From: Selaginella moellendorffii
Taxonomy: Eukaryota; Plantae; Lycopodiophyta
Direction: 5' to 3'
DNA: 64,000 bases
Assembly (NCBI RefSeq): GCF_000143415.4
Contig: NW_003314356.1
Coordinates: 372,001-436,000 of the forward strand
The notes beneath the pieces were generated by a model. The model searched no databases, was not told the DNA's origin, and worked only from the letters and a program-made list of their open reading frames with translations. Position numbers and translations under genes: made by a program. Below, piece by piece: positions 1 to 14,118 of the stretch; the first letter of the stretch is position 1; each line of letters starts with the position of its first letter.

Positions 1-1362
1 AAGTAGGTTGTTATTAACAACCGTGATACCATGGAGAGTCTAAAATATAGAATTATCCATGTTAGATCATATGACAATTTGAAAGCTTGCAAAAAGAGAG
101 GCCTTCACAAGCTAAGGGACAGAGTTCTTTCAAGGATCATTGTTTATGACTTTGATATTGTCCATCTATTAATCTTTGAGTTTGGGTTAGTATAGCCAGA
201 CTGGCTTCAACACTTCATGTGCATGGTGAAATCTCTAGTCATGGGGTAGATATTGTCGACTAGTCACATAACCCGCCTCTTTGTCAATGTTCCTTATTCC
301 GTTAAAAGGGCGTGACCGTGTAAAAAACTCTAACTGCCTATTTACAATAGTCTATCTAAACCTTACTGATGGGTTTGGTTTCTTTGCTCAAGAGGGTTGG
401 GGCCTTTAGCTTCTCTCTCTATGTTCCTACGGGCAGAGACATATCACACTTTTATAAGCTAGGTGACACTCAGAGCAGCAAGAGTGGCTGACTCCGTTGG
501 TCATTTCCTTGTCGGCGACGGCCGGAAGGTGTCTAAGCTGATAGCGCATCCGCGTTAGACAAAGAGGTTACCCTAACTCATTTAAGTTGATACATTTTTC
601 ACATAGTGTGAATATCGTGAACTTTTTCTAGAGTTGTTTCCTTGGTGGTATTTTAGACTCGAGTATGCATTGACGAGGACATCGATCTTCCCTAGGTGGG
701 GAGAGTGTCGCGAATGTGATTTCAGGTATCGAAAGTTACCTGTCGGCCAGTCCTTACGGACACTCTTACCTTACTACCACAATGGTAGGAGGTCAATATT
801 GCTGGACCCTTTATCAGTCCCTTTTGTGCTAGTGGAGTTAACTAGGCATTTCAAGTTTACTTAGACTGAAAAAGCATAAGGACAGAATTCTTACATGTTA
901 TTAGCTAAGCATATTTAGTCTGGTAAGGAGTTCCCATCTTGTTTTGTCTTGCACTTGCTAGTGACAAGAACCCTCGCGTATTGAGATTGGTCCCTCAATA
1001 TCGCTATATGATAGCTTACCGTGTCTGCTAAACACCCTCGCTATCATGCCCTTTGTGTTAGTCTCAATTCAGTCCTAAATGTTATTTATAGAAAGTGTCT
1101 AGATTTGCTCATTTGGCATATCTACGGAATGTAGAGGTTCGGTTCCATTGCTCCTAGGCTCCATGCTTGGAAGTTTGGCACCGTTCCTTCGTTCAGTGGC
1201 CCAAGGCCCTGAACCTCGGATTCCACACCACTATCCTTTGGGCACATGGCATATGACACATGGCATTTGTCACGTGGCATAAAGAGGGTTTAGGTTCTGC
1301 TTCATGGTGTTATCCTATGGTAAATCACTATAGGATAAAGGGTCACAACCACATGCGCTACA
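1..1362 (+). mobile_element. 3' end of a family-F LTR element: degenerate internal region, PPT (~694-705) and internally deleted 3' LTR (706-1362)
   Basis: ~140-705 matches 50460-51033. Purine tract AGGTGGGGAGAG is followed by TGTCGCGAATGTG...GCGCTACA, homologous to the LTRs at 44846-45995 and 51034-52208. 1-130 matches the reverse complement of the degenerate integrase region at ~39600-39720. Confidence 0.8.
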
Positions 1363-1722
1363 GCATCCTAAGGATGCTAAGGAGTGGATCTGGGATGATC
1401 ACTCGTGGATGGATGACCCAATCTTTGAGAGACGGGATTGTAATGTAGGTGGTGTTAGACCATCGGTGTGAACAAGGTGAATGGGTATGACTTTAGCGTA
1501 ATAGGCTGATATGTCGGTGGTACCTTGGGGTGTCGGTTATGGGATCGGACACGTGGAGCACTTGGAGCAAGTGCAATGGTTGAGTGGCATAGATGCCATT
1601 CTTGGAGCTAGCAAGTCCCTAAGTCCAAAATAAGATTTACGGAGGTTGTGAATTAAACTCCTTTAAGTGGTCGACAATGTGGTTAAGTGATTAAAGTAGA
1701 ATGGAAAATTTAGTCGCTTACA
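1363..1722 (+). repeat. 3' part of a family-E LTR
   Basis: GCATCCTAAGGATGCTAAGG...GTCGCTTACA matches ~43692-44049 of the solo E LTR. Confidence 0.8.
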
Positions 1723-2510
1723 TAGTCCTCTTGTGTAATGACCAAGGATACAATCACGTGGCAAGGAAGTCCCAGAGGTCAATGGGACTTAGTGGTTAGC
1801 CCCTTGGGCCTGACCCAATGGCGTGTTGCAAGAATGGCTATGGATGAAAAAGGACTATGGAGACCAAAGAAGGGATATGGGGAAGGGTGTTCATAATGTC
1901 TTCAGCATTTCTAAGGATGCTAATGTGTGGTTATGGGATGACCACTCATGGATAGATGCTTAGTCTTGGGAGATGAGAGTATAGTATGGGTGGTCTTGGA
2001 CTATCTACGAGATAAAGGTGAATGGATATAACTTTAGCGTAACAAACTGATATATCAGTGGTACCTTTGGGTTGTCTATCGTGGGATTGGACACATGTAG
2101 GACTTAGATCAAATGCAAAGGCTATGTGGCATAAGTGCCATTCACAGGACTAGGATGTCCCCAAGTTCGAGAATAGGACTTATAAAGGTTGTAAGTGAGA
2201 CACCTCAAAATGGTTAAAAGTGTGGTTAAGTGACTAAAGTAGAATGGAAAATTTAATCGTTTACAACTTGGTATCAGAGCTATTTCTTAGTATGACTTTT
2301 ATTGGTGGTCAACTATATCACTACTTGATATTTGCATTAAAAGGTCCTAGGAATGGGTCTATTCTCAAAGAGTAGCATGTTAAGAGGGCATGATTCTCCA
2401 CTTAAGTTTATATGTGAATGTGAAGGTAATGTGGTGGACAAAAAGGGGACAATAAGGGAATGACTTTGGGATCTCAAAAAGTTTCCTTTAGAGAGTTGAG
2501 GATGTGATCC
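1723..2510 (+). mobile_element. E-subfamily LTR end (to 2265), tRNA-iMet PBS (2269-2280) and start of internal region
   Basis: ...ATCGTTTACA act TGGTATCAGAGC. The following ~230 bp matches the reverse complement of ~41100-41340. Confidence 0.8.
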
Positions 2511-2899
2511 ACATAAGCATTTAGGTTAATGTGGTTGTGGTGAACAATTATAGTCGGAATCATAGGGAAGATAGAGAAACTCCAAGACAATAAAGGAGTT
2601 TGCATCAGGCCATAATGCATAGCCAAGAAGACTACTTTAAAGATTATAAACAAAGAGGAAGCTAGCAAAATAACAAAGAAAAAAGAAGACTAAGAAGGAT
2701 GGAAGTATATATTTGGTTTGACCACTTTGCAACAATCTAGAGACTAATATGGGTAAATCAAGGTCATATTTTCTTTCACACTTTTATTAATTTCTTAGGA
2801 ACACATAAATAAGAAAATTTTATACCAATTACTTTAGTTTTCAATAACTAGCTTTCTTGAGTGCTAGTAGCAACCAAAAACAAGACTGTCAAACAATAA

Positions 2900-5800
2900 A
2901 TCTATCAACTCCTCGCTAGACAAAGAAATCTCAACACTCAAAAAAACATAACGATTCTACTTTGATTACTATAAGGACTAATCAGTGATACACTTCCATC
3001 AACAACACTTACATGAGTTCATGATTACACATATTGAAGCACAGCAATGCGCATAAGTGAAATCAAAGATTGTCAACTTTGCCATCATCCTACACCAACA
3101 ACACTTTCCTGGATCTTGAATCTCTAACTAGATCAAAAATATGTTTGTCAAATAGAAGAAAAACAACACCACAATCAACATGAAGTACAACAAATCAATG
3201 AAAAATTTGAAACCTTTTTACTACCACAAATCAAAGAAATCATTGGAAAACAATTCTTCAATAAATATGTTACACCCATTGGCACAACCATACACAAATT
3301 ACAAGATGAAAAAATATGAAGAGAAACTTGAGGAAAAGAACACTGCATACACCCCCAAACACTGCAACTATTAACTAAAGAAATCTACCTGAATCCATAT
3401 TTCGATGTATGGACTATGATCAAAGATAGAAGAATATAAGAATCAAGAATCTAGAAACCTGTTTCAACAATAATCTCGAGGACAACACTTAGAATACAAC
3501 TATTTAGAGGTAGGCCATAATTACTTTACAACAATTTAACATAATAACAACTTGTAAAAAGAGTAGCCATAGTATGCACTTCTGTTCAATCCCAAAGTTG
3601 GCAAAGTAGAGACTTTATTCATGATTAATCAACTTTACCGAGCTAAGTACGACATCGACCCACAAATACCAACACACAAGATCATGTTAGTTTACACCAC
3701 ACAATTCTATAACTACACAATATTTCTCCGAGAAGAACACAACAAACCAAAGGCAACAACAACAAATCCAACAAAACAAATTCAAGAAAAGAATAAATTA
3801 AGAAAACTCTAATACAACATCAAACTCGACCCACTCAAGATACAAGAGCGAGATCGATGATAAAAAAATTGAGAAAGTAGAAAACAGCTTCAGCAACCTT
3901 CAATATTAGACAAACAATAGAAACCTCAAGCTTAAGAAGAAATCCTTGAGACAATATTCAACACCTATGACAAAATAAATTAAGCAACACAAGTCGGCAA
4001 ATCAAGCTGCACAACTACAATAAAATTAGAAGACAATTCAACAATAGAAAATTTACAACTAGATGAAGATATACCACCATTAGAGACTCCAGAATATGAA
4101 AGCTACACCACCAAAAATTATCAATCATATCCACCATCAGCAAAAGAACAAGTCCCAAGCAACACCAAAGACATGGCACTCTTCAACCAAGCTACATTAT
4201 ATGGCAACATGATCATCTACCCGATTTTCACAAGAAGTAAAACCGAAGATGCAAAAAGACATCTTCAACAATTCAACCTCATTATCAATCAACATCAACA
4301 ATAACCTCAAACTCAAGAATTTCGACCTCAGTACCAGCAACAACAAAATCAAGAAAATCAACCTCCTTAACAAAATCAACAAAATTAAAGACCTCCTCTA
4401 ACAGCAAGAAATGTCAATATCAAACCAGTCCAAGATGAACACTATGAAAATGAACTTGAGATACGAGCTCTACCTTGAAGTCAAAAAGAACACTACAATA
4501 TTGAAGATGACCTCAATGAAGAAATTGAAGAAAAACATCTTTGAGATGAAGTACAGGAAATCTTAAAACACAAATGTCAACAAAGCAAAAAGCTAATCGA
4601 CACAATCCAACAAAACCTTCAACAACAACAACTTGAAACTAAAGTCAATCAGGAAATTGTGACACAGACTCTATCAAGAAAAGAGGAATAACTAAAGCTC
4701 ATCATCAACATTCTTCGACAAGGTATCACACTCACCCTCAAAAAGCTTTTATAGGTTGCTCCCTTCTTGAGAAAGCAACTTCTCAAGATATGTCAAGCAT
4801 CACCATCAGCAAATTCAGCTCAAATTAAGCAAACCACCAACACCTCTTTGTCCCACAAGATTGACATTCAACCTAGCAATTTCAACAAAGATGTACTATG
4901 CATCCCAATCACAATAGGAAAGAACAAAGTTGCACAAGCAATCATCGATGGTGGTGCAAGTGTCAACATTATTGAGTATTCAACCTGCAAAGCAATAGGA
5001 CTTGGGCTAGTCCACCTTGCACCTTTCAACATCAAGATGGCCAACGATAGAAGTGTATAACAATTAGGAATTGTGTGATACATTCCTATCAAGATCAAGG
5101 ATCAAGAATTTAAGGTAGCTTTCATCGTGCTCAAAATGGCGAAAGACCAAAGTTCCTACGAAGTACTCCTTGGACAAACTTGGCTCAAGACAGCTGACAT
5201 CGTCAAATACTGGCAAAAGAACACAATTACTTTTAGAGAGCATCAAGAAGCCCCTCAAATTTCCACAACTACAGCAAAGAAGATTGCAAAGAAATTTTGA
5301 CTAACCATTATCGGACAATGTGACTGGAATGAAGGTCTCAATGATTACAAAGAAGCACAAATCTTGAAGGCATATCCAGAGTTAAAGCCTCTCATGGAAG
5401 TTGATCTCAATAGAGTCATCCCAAAGAATAGTACACACTGCATAACAAATCTTGATACTTAAGAAAACAACCTTGAAGGTAAATTCCCAAGTCACAAAAA
5501 CTCAACACCCATTAATATACCAACTGAAATCAAGAAGCAATGAGATTGACTAGGAATCAAACATGAACAACTCCTACTGATTCATCTCTATAAATCCATT
5601 TTGAAGAAGACCAAACACTTTGACAAAAAGAAACTCGACTCACATCAACGCTTAACCTTGAAGAGCCAACTCAAGAAATCAACTTAGGAACTGAAGACAA
5701 ACCAAAGAAGCTCTACATTGCCAAAGACCTTGACCTTGACTTCAAGACACAAGCAATCAATCTTCTCAATAGGTATAAAGATGTTTTTGCTTAGTCATAT

Positions 5801-8800
5801 ACAGACTTGTAAGGAATTCCTCCCAAGATCTGCATACATCAAATCAAGCTTCTACCTCAAACTATACCAAGAAAGCAGAATGAACCCCAATATGCAAGCA
5901 AAAGTTAAAGAAGAACTTAACAAGCTCAAGAACACCAACTTCATTTACCCAATTCAAAACCCAGAATAGGTATCACCACTTGTCATCATCCCTAAGAAAA
6001 GTGGCAAACTCAGAGTCTGTGTAAACTACAAAAAGCTCAAAGATGCAACCCAAAAAGACAGTTTCTCAATTCCATTTTCCAATGAAATTCTTGATGCAGT
6101 AGTTAAACACGAAATGTACTCATTTTAAGATGGCTTTAGGAGCTACAATCAAGTTCACATCGCACTTGAAGATCAACACAAGAGAGCCTTTATCAGTCCT
6201 TGGGGCACTTATGCATATCTACAAATGCTCTGTTTACTTTCTAGAGAACCATCATTGACATATTTTGAGATTACCTCACCGACTTCATGTGAGTTTTTTT
6301 GGATGACTTCAGCATCTTCAGCAGCAAAGAACAACATCTCCAACATCTCGCTTCATCAGATGTCCAGAGAACAATATCACCTTAAACCCAAGAAATCTAA
6401 CTTCTTCATCAAATTCAGCATTTAACTTGGACATATTGTCTACAAAGAAGGCATCCTCATCAACAAAGCCAAAACACTTGCCATCATCAATATGCAACAT
6501 CCAACAAACATCATTGGAATACAATCCTTCCTTGGCAAAATGGGATACCATCAATGTTTCATCAAAGATTATGTGAAGATTGTAAAACCCCTTATAGAGC
6601 TTTTGAAGAAAAATCATGTCTACAACTACACTCAAAACTGTTAACAAGCATTTGGCATGCTCAAGAATTCCATAACAAGAGCTCCAATACTCGCCCAACC
6701 AAATTGGGACAAAGACTTCAACATACAAGTCAACACCTCCAACTATGCTATCGAAGCAATACTTTCTCAACAACAATAAAACCTCAAAGATTGACCAATC
6801 TACTATGTTAGCCAAAAAGTCAACTCAGCTAAGATGAACTACACCACCACCAAAAAAAAAACCTTAGAAATGGTCTACACACTATAAAAGTTTCAACACT
6901 ACCTACTTGGCACCAAAGTTAAGATCATGGTCAACCATAAAGCACTTTTACACATCCTCAACAAAACCATCCTCACCAATAGAATTGCCTGATAATTCTT
7001 ACTGCTTCAAGAATACAATTTTGAGATTATTCACAAACCTAGTAAATAACATAAACAAGTCAACCACCTCAATTGAATTACAACTGGTGAATAACCAAAA
7101 CACAACATGGATGACTTTCCTGACTCAACATACTTTGCATCCACACATCACCAACATGGATGGATGACATCTACTACTACTTCACAACAACAATAATACC
7201 AAGTCGATACTTCACCTTTGATCACTGTCAACAATTTGTCTTGAGCATAAGACTATATTCAATTGTGGGAGGAAGATTGTGCAAGAAAGAATGAGACAAA
7301 GTACTACGAAGATGTGTAATATGAAGAAATTCAAGATCTACTCAAAAAAGCCTACTGTGGACAAGCAAGAGGCCACTTTTTAGAAGAAATCACAACTTGC
7401 AAAATTTAGCAAGCAGCACTCTGGTGGCTAAAACTTTGGCATGAATCAGCAAAATTTTGTCGAAAATGTGACATTTTCAACGAACCAAATATACATCGAA
7501 GAAATAAACTCAAGAGCTTCATCCAACAACACCACTAGAACCATTTTAGTAATAAGGACTCAACTCTATTGGACCACTTATAACAAGCTCCAAGAAAAAC
7601 AAGTAGATCCTCATAGTGACTAACTACATCACAAAATGGGCTGAAACTCAACCAATGAAGATTGCAACAACAAATAACACAACAAAGTTCATCTATAAAA
7701 ATATCATCACAAGATATGGCCTACCTCAAGAACTTGTCACGGATCGAGAAACACACTTCATCAATGAAACCATCAAGATTCTGACTCAAGAATTCACAAT
7801 CAAGCACAAGGCTTCAGCACTATATTACCCTCAAAGAAACAGTCAACAAACAAGACACTCAAGAACATCCTTAAGAAAATCGTGAAGACAAATCAGAAAG
7901 ACTAAAACAAGTGCATCCACGACACCCTATGGGCATATCAAATTGCATATAAGGTTTTAATAAATTCAACACCATTCAAGCTCGCCTATAGCTTAAAAGC
8001 CTTGACACCACTTGAGTACATCGTTCCTTCATTATGAATGACAATACACTACGAGATCAACCAAGAAGAATCAATCAAGAGAAGACGAGAAACATTAGAA
8101 AAACTTGATGAAGAAAGACTACAAGAAATTCAGACACTCGAAGCTATGCAAGCTTGAAGAAAAGCCAACCATGACAAAAAGAGAAGACTAAAGAAAAATG
8201 AAAAATTGAAGATCAATGATCAAGTACTCTAGTTTTAAAGAAATATTGAGAAAATCAGCTCCAAAATGATGTTAACATGGGAAGGACCATTCCTCATCCA
8301 AAAATTCAAAGCTCTAGGAATGGTAGTAATTACAACACTCAATGGCGAGCATCTCCAAACCATCCACCTCAATAGGCTTAAGAAATATAAATTGTATGAC
8401 TCAAACATCATCAATAGTGAAGGTTTCATCTTTGAACATCAAAAAGAATTACAAGCATGAAGATCAAGACTATGAAGACTCAACCTCAAAACTTCAACAC
8501 ATTCACGGTTTACAGAGTTCAAGCTCAAGAACTCAACACAATCAAGAAACATGAAGCTCAAGTTCAAAAATCTAACATGAAAAAGACATTAAAGGATCAA
8601 GCTCAAGAAAGCAACATAAAGAAAAACAATGACTTGAAGAACCCCAACCAAAAACAAGATTTAGAGACCAAAAAATCTCTTAAGATTCCTTAACAAACAT
8701 GCTAAAGACCAACATGAAGCAAGCTTCTTTAACACTACCACACCAACAAAGAAAAATCTCAAGAAAGTTACTACAAAGACTCGATCTCAACACTCCAAAG

Positions 8801-10480
8801 CAAAGGGCAAAGCCCTAACCCTAGCAATTGCAGCTGTATCACCAAGCATCAAGATCAGAATCTACAATATTGTAGCATATGTGATCATGGGATGAAATTT
8901 AAATGGATTTTTCGAACCTTGAAAGATAAATGGCGATAAAATAACCACTAAGGGCTCTCTCATCAAGCAATTACCCCTTTTCCATTGGCTTAAGGGAGAG
9001 AAATAAGGTGCATTACATGTGGTATTGGAGCAAATGGCACGGGTTCGATTCCTATTAATTAATGACTACTTAAAAATATAATATACCCTCGAGTAAGGTA
9101 TATTCCTACCCCTAAATTTGAAATCGTACATATTGGGCATCCATGCATATGTCCTTCCTCTTGTGTGGAGTATCCAAGGACGAAGATATCCACCATGGGA
9201 CTGCAGTACAGGTGGATGACTAGTTGCCTTACATGGAATAACTGGTCTACACAATGGAAGGATTGGTAGATTTAATATAGAAATGGAGGTGTTAGTTCCC
9301 TTTTGCTTAGTAGGGGTTGTTAGTCAACAGTCAATGAGGACATTGACATCTCTGAAAAGGGGGTGAGTGTAACATATGTGATCATGGGATGAGATTTAGA
9401 TATATTGTCACTATAGATCCTTAGAACCTTAGGGGATAAATAGGGATAAAATAGCCTCTAAAGGCTTTCTTATCAAGCAATTGCCCTTTTTTTAGTTGGT
9501 TTAAGGGGAAAGAGATAGGGTGCGCTACAAACACCAGATTAAGTTATGGGGAAGCAACACAGCATGGCAACACACCCTCTCACAAAATAGCTCGTATTCG
9601 AGTGAACAACAATGAGTCCAGCAAGTGCAAATCTCCTCTTCACCTGTAATCTAGCATGAAAGAGGACAAGGGCACTAAACGACTAGCTACACGAGGTCAG
9701 CCTCTACGAGTTCTCCTGCATCATGGAGAAAGAATACAAGATCAACATCACGAAGAAAATGCTTCCAGCTTTTCGAGAAGAAATGGTGTGTGCCCAAGAA
9801 TATGAATATATCTTCACCATGGGCTACATCACATGGATATTCAAGCTTCCAATCGGCAGAAAGCAAGTCACATCCGTGTCGCGAACAAAAGGGATGCCGC
9901 CGGAAGAGTTGTAATTCTTGATGCATTAAGATGATCAAGAATTACAACTTTGGAAGCTCGCTTCAAATGAGCAACGTCACTAACGAGGAAAAGCCAAGGC
10001 TCAAGTTTCATCTCAACTCTCGAGATATGCAAGTCAAGTAGCTTTGCCAACAAAGCTATCGCAATCCTCTACAATGACTTGCAACACAAAATCAAAGTGG
10101 ATATTGCAAATAACCTCTACGAAAAACTCATCAAGGAAATCCACTCGACTGTGAAACTAATCCACAGCAGCCAGAAATTTGAAACACTCACACTCCCCTA
10201 TGTCACTGCACTTCTGCCAGCTCTCAACTTTGCATTTCCAATCAGCATGAAAGTACCTCTGACAACACTATAGACTAGAAAAAAGCAGGAATATGCATCA
10301 AAGAGAAGAGACAATTCATTCCACATATCCGATGAAGAAGATGAAGAGGAGGAAGAAGAAGACAACCAAAAGGAGCTTTTGCTACCAATAATGACTCCAC
10401 TAGCAAAAAGGACCAAGATAACAATTTTGCCCCTAAAGAATAGGATGACCACAAGCCAAATTGAAATCACTTAATTGCTC
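2900..10480 (+). pseudogene. Element B: heavily degraded non-chromovirus Ty3/gypsy gag-pol (PR ~4880-5230, RT ~5870-6530, RNase H ~6540-7060, integrase ~7240-8400) with an extra 3' ORF remnant (~9540-10370)
   Basis: PR motif AIIDGGASVNII; RT MNPNMQAKVKEEL...KKSGKLRVCVNYKKL; INT NYITKWAE...RYGLPQELVTDRETHF and TWEGPFLI. Many stops and frameshifts. The 5' boundary and LTRs were not located. Confidence 0.85.
8871..9529 (+). mobile_element. TRIM (terminal-repeat retrotransposon in miniature) inserted in element B
   Basis: LTRs at 8871-9017 and 9368-9529 (TGTA..CATATGTGATCATGGGATG...TACA). Degenerate iMet PBS TGGTATTGGAGC at 9020-9031, PPT GAAAAGGGGGTGAG at 9354-9367, non-coding interior. Flanks AATAT/AACAC look like a decayed 5-bp TSD. 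Confidence 0.85.
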
Positions 10481-12788
10481 TTAACACCATAACAAAGCTA
10501 ATAGAAAGTAAAAGTGAATCACTACTCAAAGCTCTTTAACAATCAATCTAACTAAATTTGAAGATATCTTACTAAGTATTTGAGACTAATCCTTCAACTA
10601 TACTTAGCTACAGATAACACATCATTAAGGAGTGATTCACCACATCCAAGACTCATTAAACTCTACCACCATAGATTAAATATAACCAATAACATTGAAA
10701 GAGATGGAATTAATATATTAACATAGAAAGACTATACAAGTTTAACAATACGATCCTTCGCAACACCATCTGGTAAAGCAAGTCTATCACTTTTATATCA
10801 TTATCAAGCAAAGCAAGTATCAACTATCCTTAATAAAATCTACAAGCAATCACTAATAATAAAACAATCAATAATTACTTTTCAACTTGCCTTCACAAGA
10901 CCCAAACACCAAACTCATACCATCAAGTCATATACTTGTCCAATAAAGTTAATACCCAAATACAAGATTTAGGAACATGGAGAAGCATAGACTAAATGAC
11001 CACTCGAATCTAATTAAATTGCAATAAACTCACTAATACGTTTAGCCAATAGCTTTGAGCATGCCTTAAAGAGGCTAGTTATGCATTATCAACACTTAGT
11101 CATAACTAAAGTGAAGACTATGAAATGGACTTATATAGTACACAACCTCCTCACAAATAAAGTTATAGTATGGGTACTAACACCTCAATTGTAAATAATT
11201 AGGTTGGACATCACCATCCTCAGCCAAGGCACAAGACACCAAGATCAAGTCAAAATTAATAAGAGATCACTACTCTCATAGAGTCTATGAAATACAAGAT
11301 GTATCTGCCACTAAGTATAACGCTACAAGAGAAACAGACAAAGGTCACTTTTCTAGAAAAGCACAATAACAATTTTTCTACACCAACTCTAGACCTTATT
11401 TAAGTCAATTGCTTTAGCCCCAAGAAGTTAGCATCTTTTTTGGCTGCATTACATAAACTACTTACTAAGGTTTAAGCAAAACAAAATTGTTCCAATCCCT
11501 TCACTAGTTTGTATTGATTTACAAAAATAGAATGGTTTTCAAGCAAAATGATCAATAGATTAGCCATTGGAAAAGCCTAAAAAAATTTGTAGAAAGTTTT
11601 TCATCCCATAGAAAGAATGACTCCTAATCTAGGAATATAAACTTTTAAGACTCAACCAACTTCCTCCTACTTACAACTTCACATAAGTTCACTTCAACAC
11701 AACAACAATATACTTAAGCATTAAATATCATGCCCATCTTTTTATATCTAACATAGACATCTGTAAAATGCAAATGAATACCCAAAACCCAATCATGAAG
11801 ACCATCTCTTTGGATATCCATATTGCACTAACACTCTTTTTCAATCACCTTCAAGATCTAATGTGAAGCCAAAACATTAAAAAGAAAAATGACATGAAAA
11901 ATTAAGCTTTAAGGAAAAACTCCTTATCATTCAATATAACAATGCCACCTTCACTAGCACAAATGTTAGCAAAGTTAATGCCTCAACTACACACATTCTC
12001 CATCCAACAATTTACTCGAAGTGCTAACAGATAAACCAACAAATCATAGCAAATGAATGTTATAACCTTTTCAACACCTTAATAAGAAAACTCTCAAAGA
12101 ACTAAGGTTCCAACTCAAGCTTAATATACCATTAAAAACTAAGTCAAAGCTACATCAATATTATTACTTGCAAGTAGATTAACTTCACTATCAACTACTT
12201 TAGGGTTGATCATTATTTGACCAAGCAACTTTGTAAACACATTGCTCATAATCACTAGGATATGATATAAGTATTGCAATGACTTGATTATCAATTGAGA
12301 AACACTATAAGCAATGCCCATATCACTATTACAAAGGTTTATGTGAGTATCAAGTGCTAATTCGATTTGATAAAATATAACATAAATGCCACACCCCACC
12401 GATAGATATTTACAACACCCAACACCACTAACAATTGTTTATAATACAAATAAACAAACTCATGTTACTCTTTATTCGACCAAACTCAAAACTACTCAAG
12501 GAGTAATAGCAAAATTCCTTAGAAAAGAATTAAGCATTATAACCCAAGTCTTCAATAGCAAGCTTAGACAAAATGGTTTAGAGCTTCACTACTATCTATC
12601 CCATGACTCACCACTTATAAGACCATCAAAACCAATATGCATCAAAGTAGAAAATCTTGATTGCATGATTTGAACATAAGCAATGAGTTCACATGCTGCA
12701 AATTATCTCTAAGAAAAAGGAAGATGATTTACATGTTTGATCTTTTGTCCCTGACAATTCTCTTTCCAGACTTCTACTTTGACTAAAC
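10480..12788. repeat. Unassigned strand-biased sequence 'X' downstream of B pol, with an inverted homolog inside element F
   Basis: Collinear with the reverse complement of ~46540-49130. It continues at 52750->~52400 beyond the inserted E LTR. Confidence 0.75.
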
Positions 12789-13044
12789 TGTGAGACACAA
12801 ATCCCTAAGCCCCAAAATGGAGCCAAAAGGGCACCACATGGTGCTGGCCAAAGCAAAAGCCAAACGAATATAACACATTTGAACTAAAAGCTTCGACTTG
12901 AAAGGTCGAGAGTGGGACTAGAACTCCCAACAAAGAGCTCGAGGAACAAGCATGAAGTGAGTAACAAGTGAGTCTCTAGAAAAGGGACACAAGAGGACCA
13001 ACACATGACACGTGGAAGTGTACGAGATGAGTCCGAGATGGACC
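12789..13044 (+). repeat. 5' part of an E-type solo LTR (continues at 23333-23667 on + and 54020->52751 on -)
   Basis: Starts TGTGAGACACAAATCCC. TSD TAAAC at 12784-12788 pairs with GTTTA at 52746-52750. The empty-site homolog is at ~46530-46560. Confidence 0.85.
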
Positions 13045-13815
13045 TGATAAAGGAAAAAGTCAGACGAAAGGAATATTCAGCAGCACAAGTTCAAACATCA
13101 AAATGCCGCTAAGTCCCAAATAGTTGGACTCAAGGTCCAACTGCCCAAGTTACAACCCAATGACTCCAACTTCAGTTTCTCAGTGATCTCGGTTCGACAC
13201 TCTACAGCAGCAACTCTACAACAGACTTGAACACCGCATGGGTACAAATGACCCGGAAGAGGTTACCAGGAGCAGTTGCCAGATGACAACATCCATACTG
13301 CAAACACAAACCCAAAAGGACCATGGCAACAAGCACAGACACAGTTGCCAAGGACTTAGTATAAATAGGCTAGCTGTGAGAGTGAGAATTTTATCCCATC
13401 TCTACTCTGCACAAAAGAAAGCTCTGTAAAACTTTTCTTTATCAACTGCTTGTGAGATTTGACTTCCTACTCTGTGTTCCGGGATCGACACCGAGATGCA
13501 TTTAGTTTTCACTTAGTTTTACTTTCTATTGTACCAATGCATTCACTTGTTCTGGGTTTTTGTTGATTCTGTGGCCTGTGCCATCCTTGCCCACCTTCAG
13601 TTCTGTTGACGGCCAAGTTCTTAGTGCAGATTGAGGAGTTGTATGACCAGCCAATCGTGTAGCCTCTCTTTCTATCCTCGTCGGACTTGTAATCCAACTG
13701 GCAACCAAATACTCAACTGAGCCAACCATTTTGCAATTTCACCATTCCAACCCCTTCTCCCTTTTCCCCTTTGTTTCCTTCTTTTCTCCGTAACACCCAT
13801 TTTTCCATGATAACA
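13045..13815 (+). repeat. Element A 5' LTR
   Basis: TGATAAAGG...GATAACA with a TATAAATA box at ~13360. Repeated at 22498-23260 with scattered substitutions. Confidence 0.9.
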
Positions 13816-13817
13816 CA

Positions 13818-13834
13818 TGGCAACCACAGTGGGA
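13818..13834 (+). promoter_or_regulatory. Primer binding site, tRNA-Arg(UCG) type
   Basis: TGGCAACCACAGTGGGA (TGGCGACCACAGTGGGA at 23263-23279) is complementary to the 3' end of plant tRNA-Arg(UCG) (...UCCCACUGUGGUCGCCA). The tRNA sequence is recalled, not searched. Confidence 0.75.
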
Positions 13835-14118
13835 TGGGTGTCACAGAATCTGCATTTTCTTTTTCTAGTTTTCTCTTTCATGCATGCTGAAAAATTCCAG
13901 AAAAGTCTCTTTTACTGATCAGTCATTTTGAGAAATTGGCAAGGAAAGCCGAAGACCTGCACAGAAGCCCAAGGAAGGAGCAGTGCAGAGAATTGGATCA
14001 GAGACATTTGCGATGGAGCATCACAAGCACCGTGATGAGCAGTTCCGATTGCGGAGTACCTGGCGGCAATGTGGAATGTTGTGTCTAGCAGTCCCCCTTA
14101 CACGAAGAATTATGAGGT

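Noticed and set aside
8871-9529. Retrozyme or Cassandra identity for the small LTR element
   Set aside because: No hammerhead core (CTGANGA...GAAA) and no 5S sequence were seen in the LTRs.
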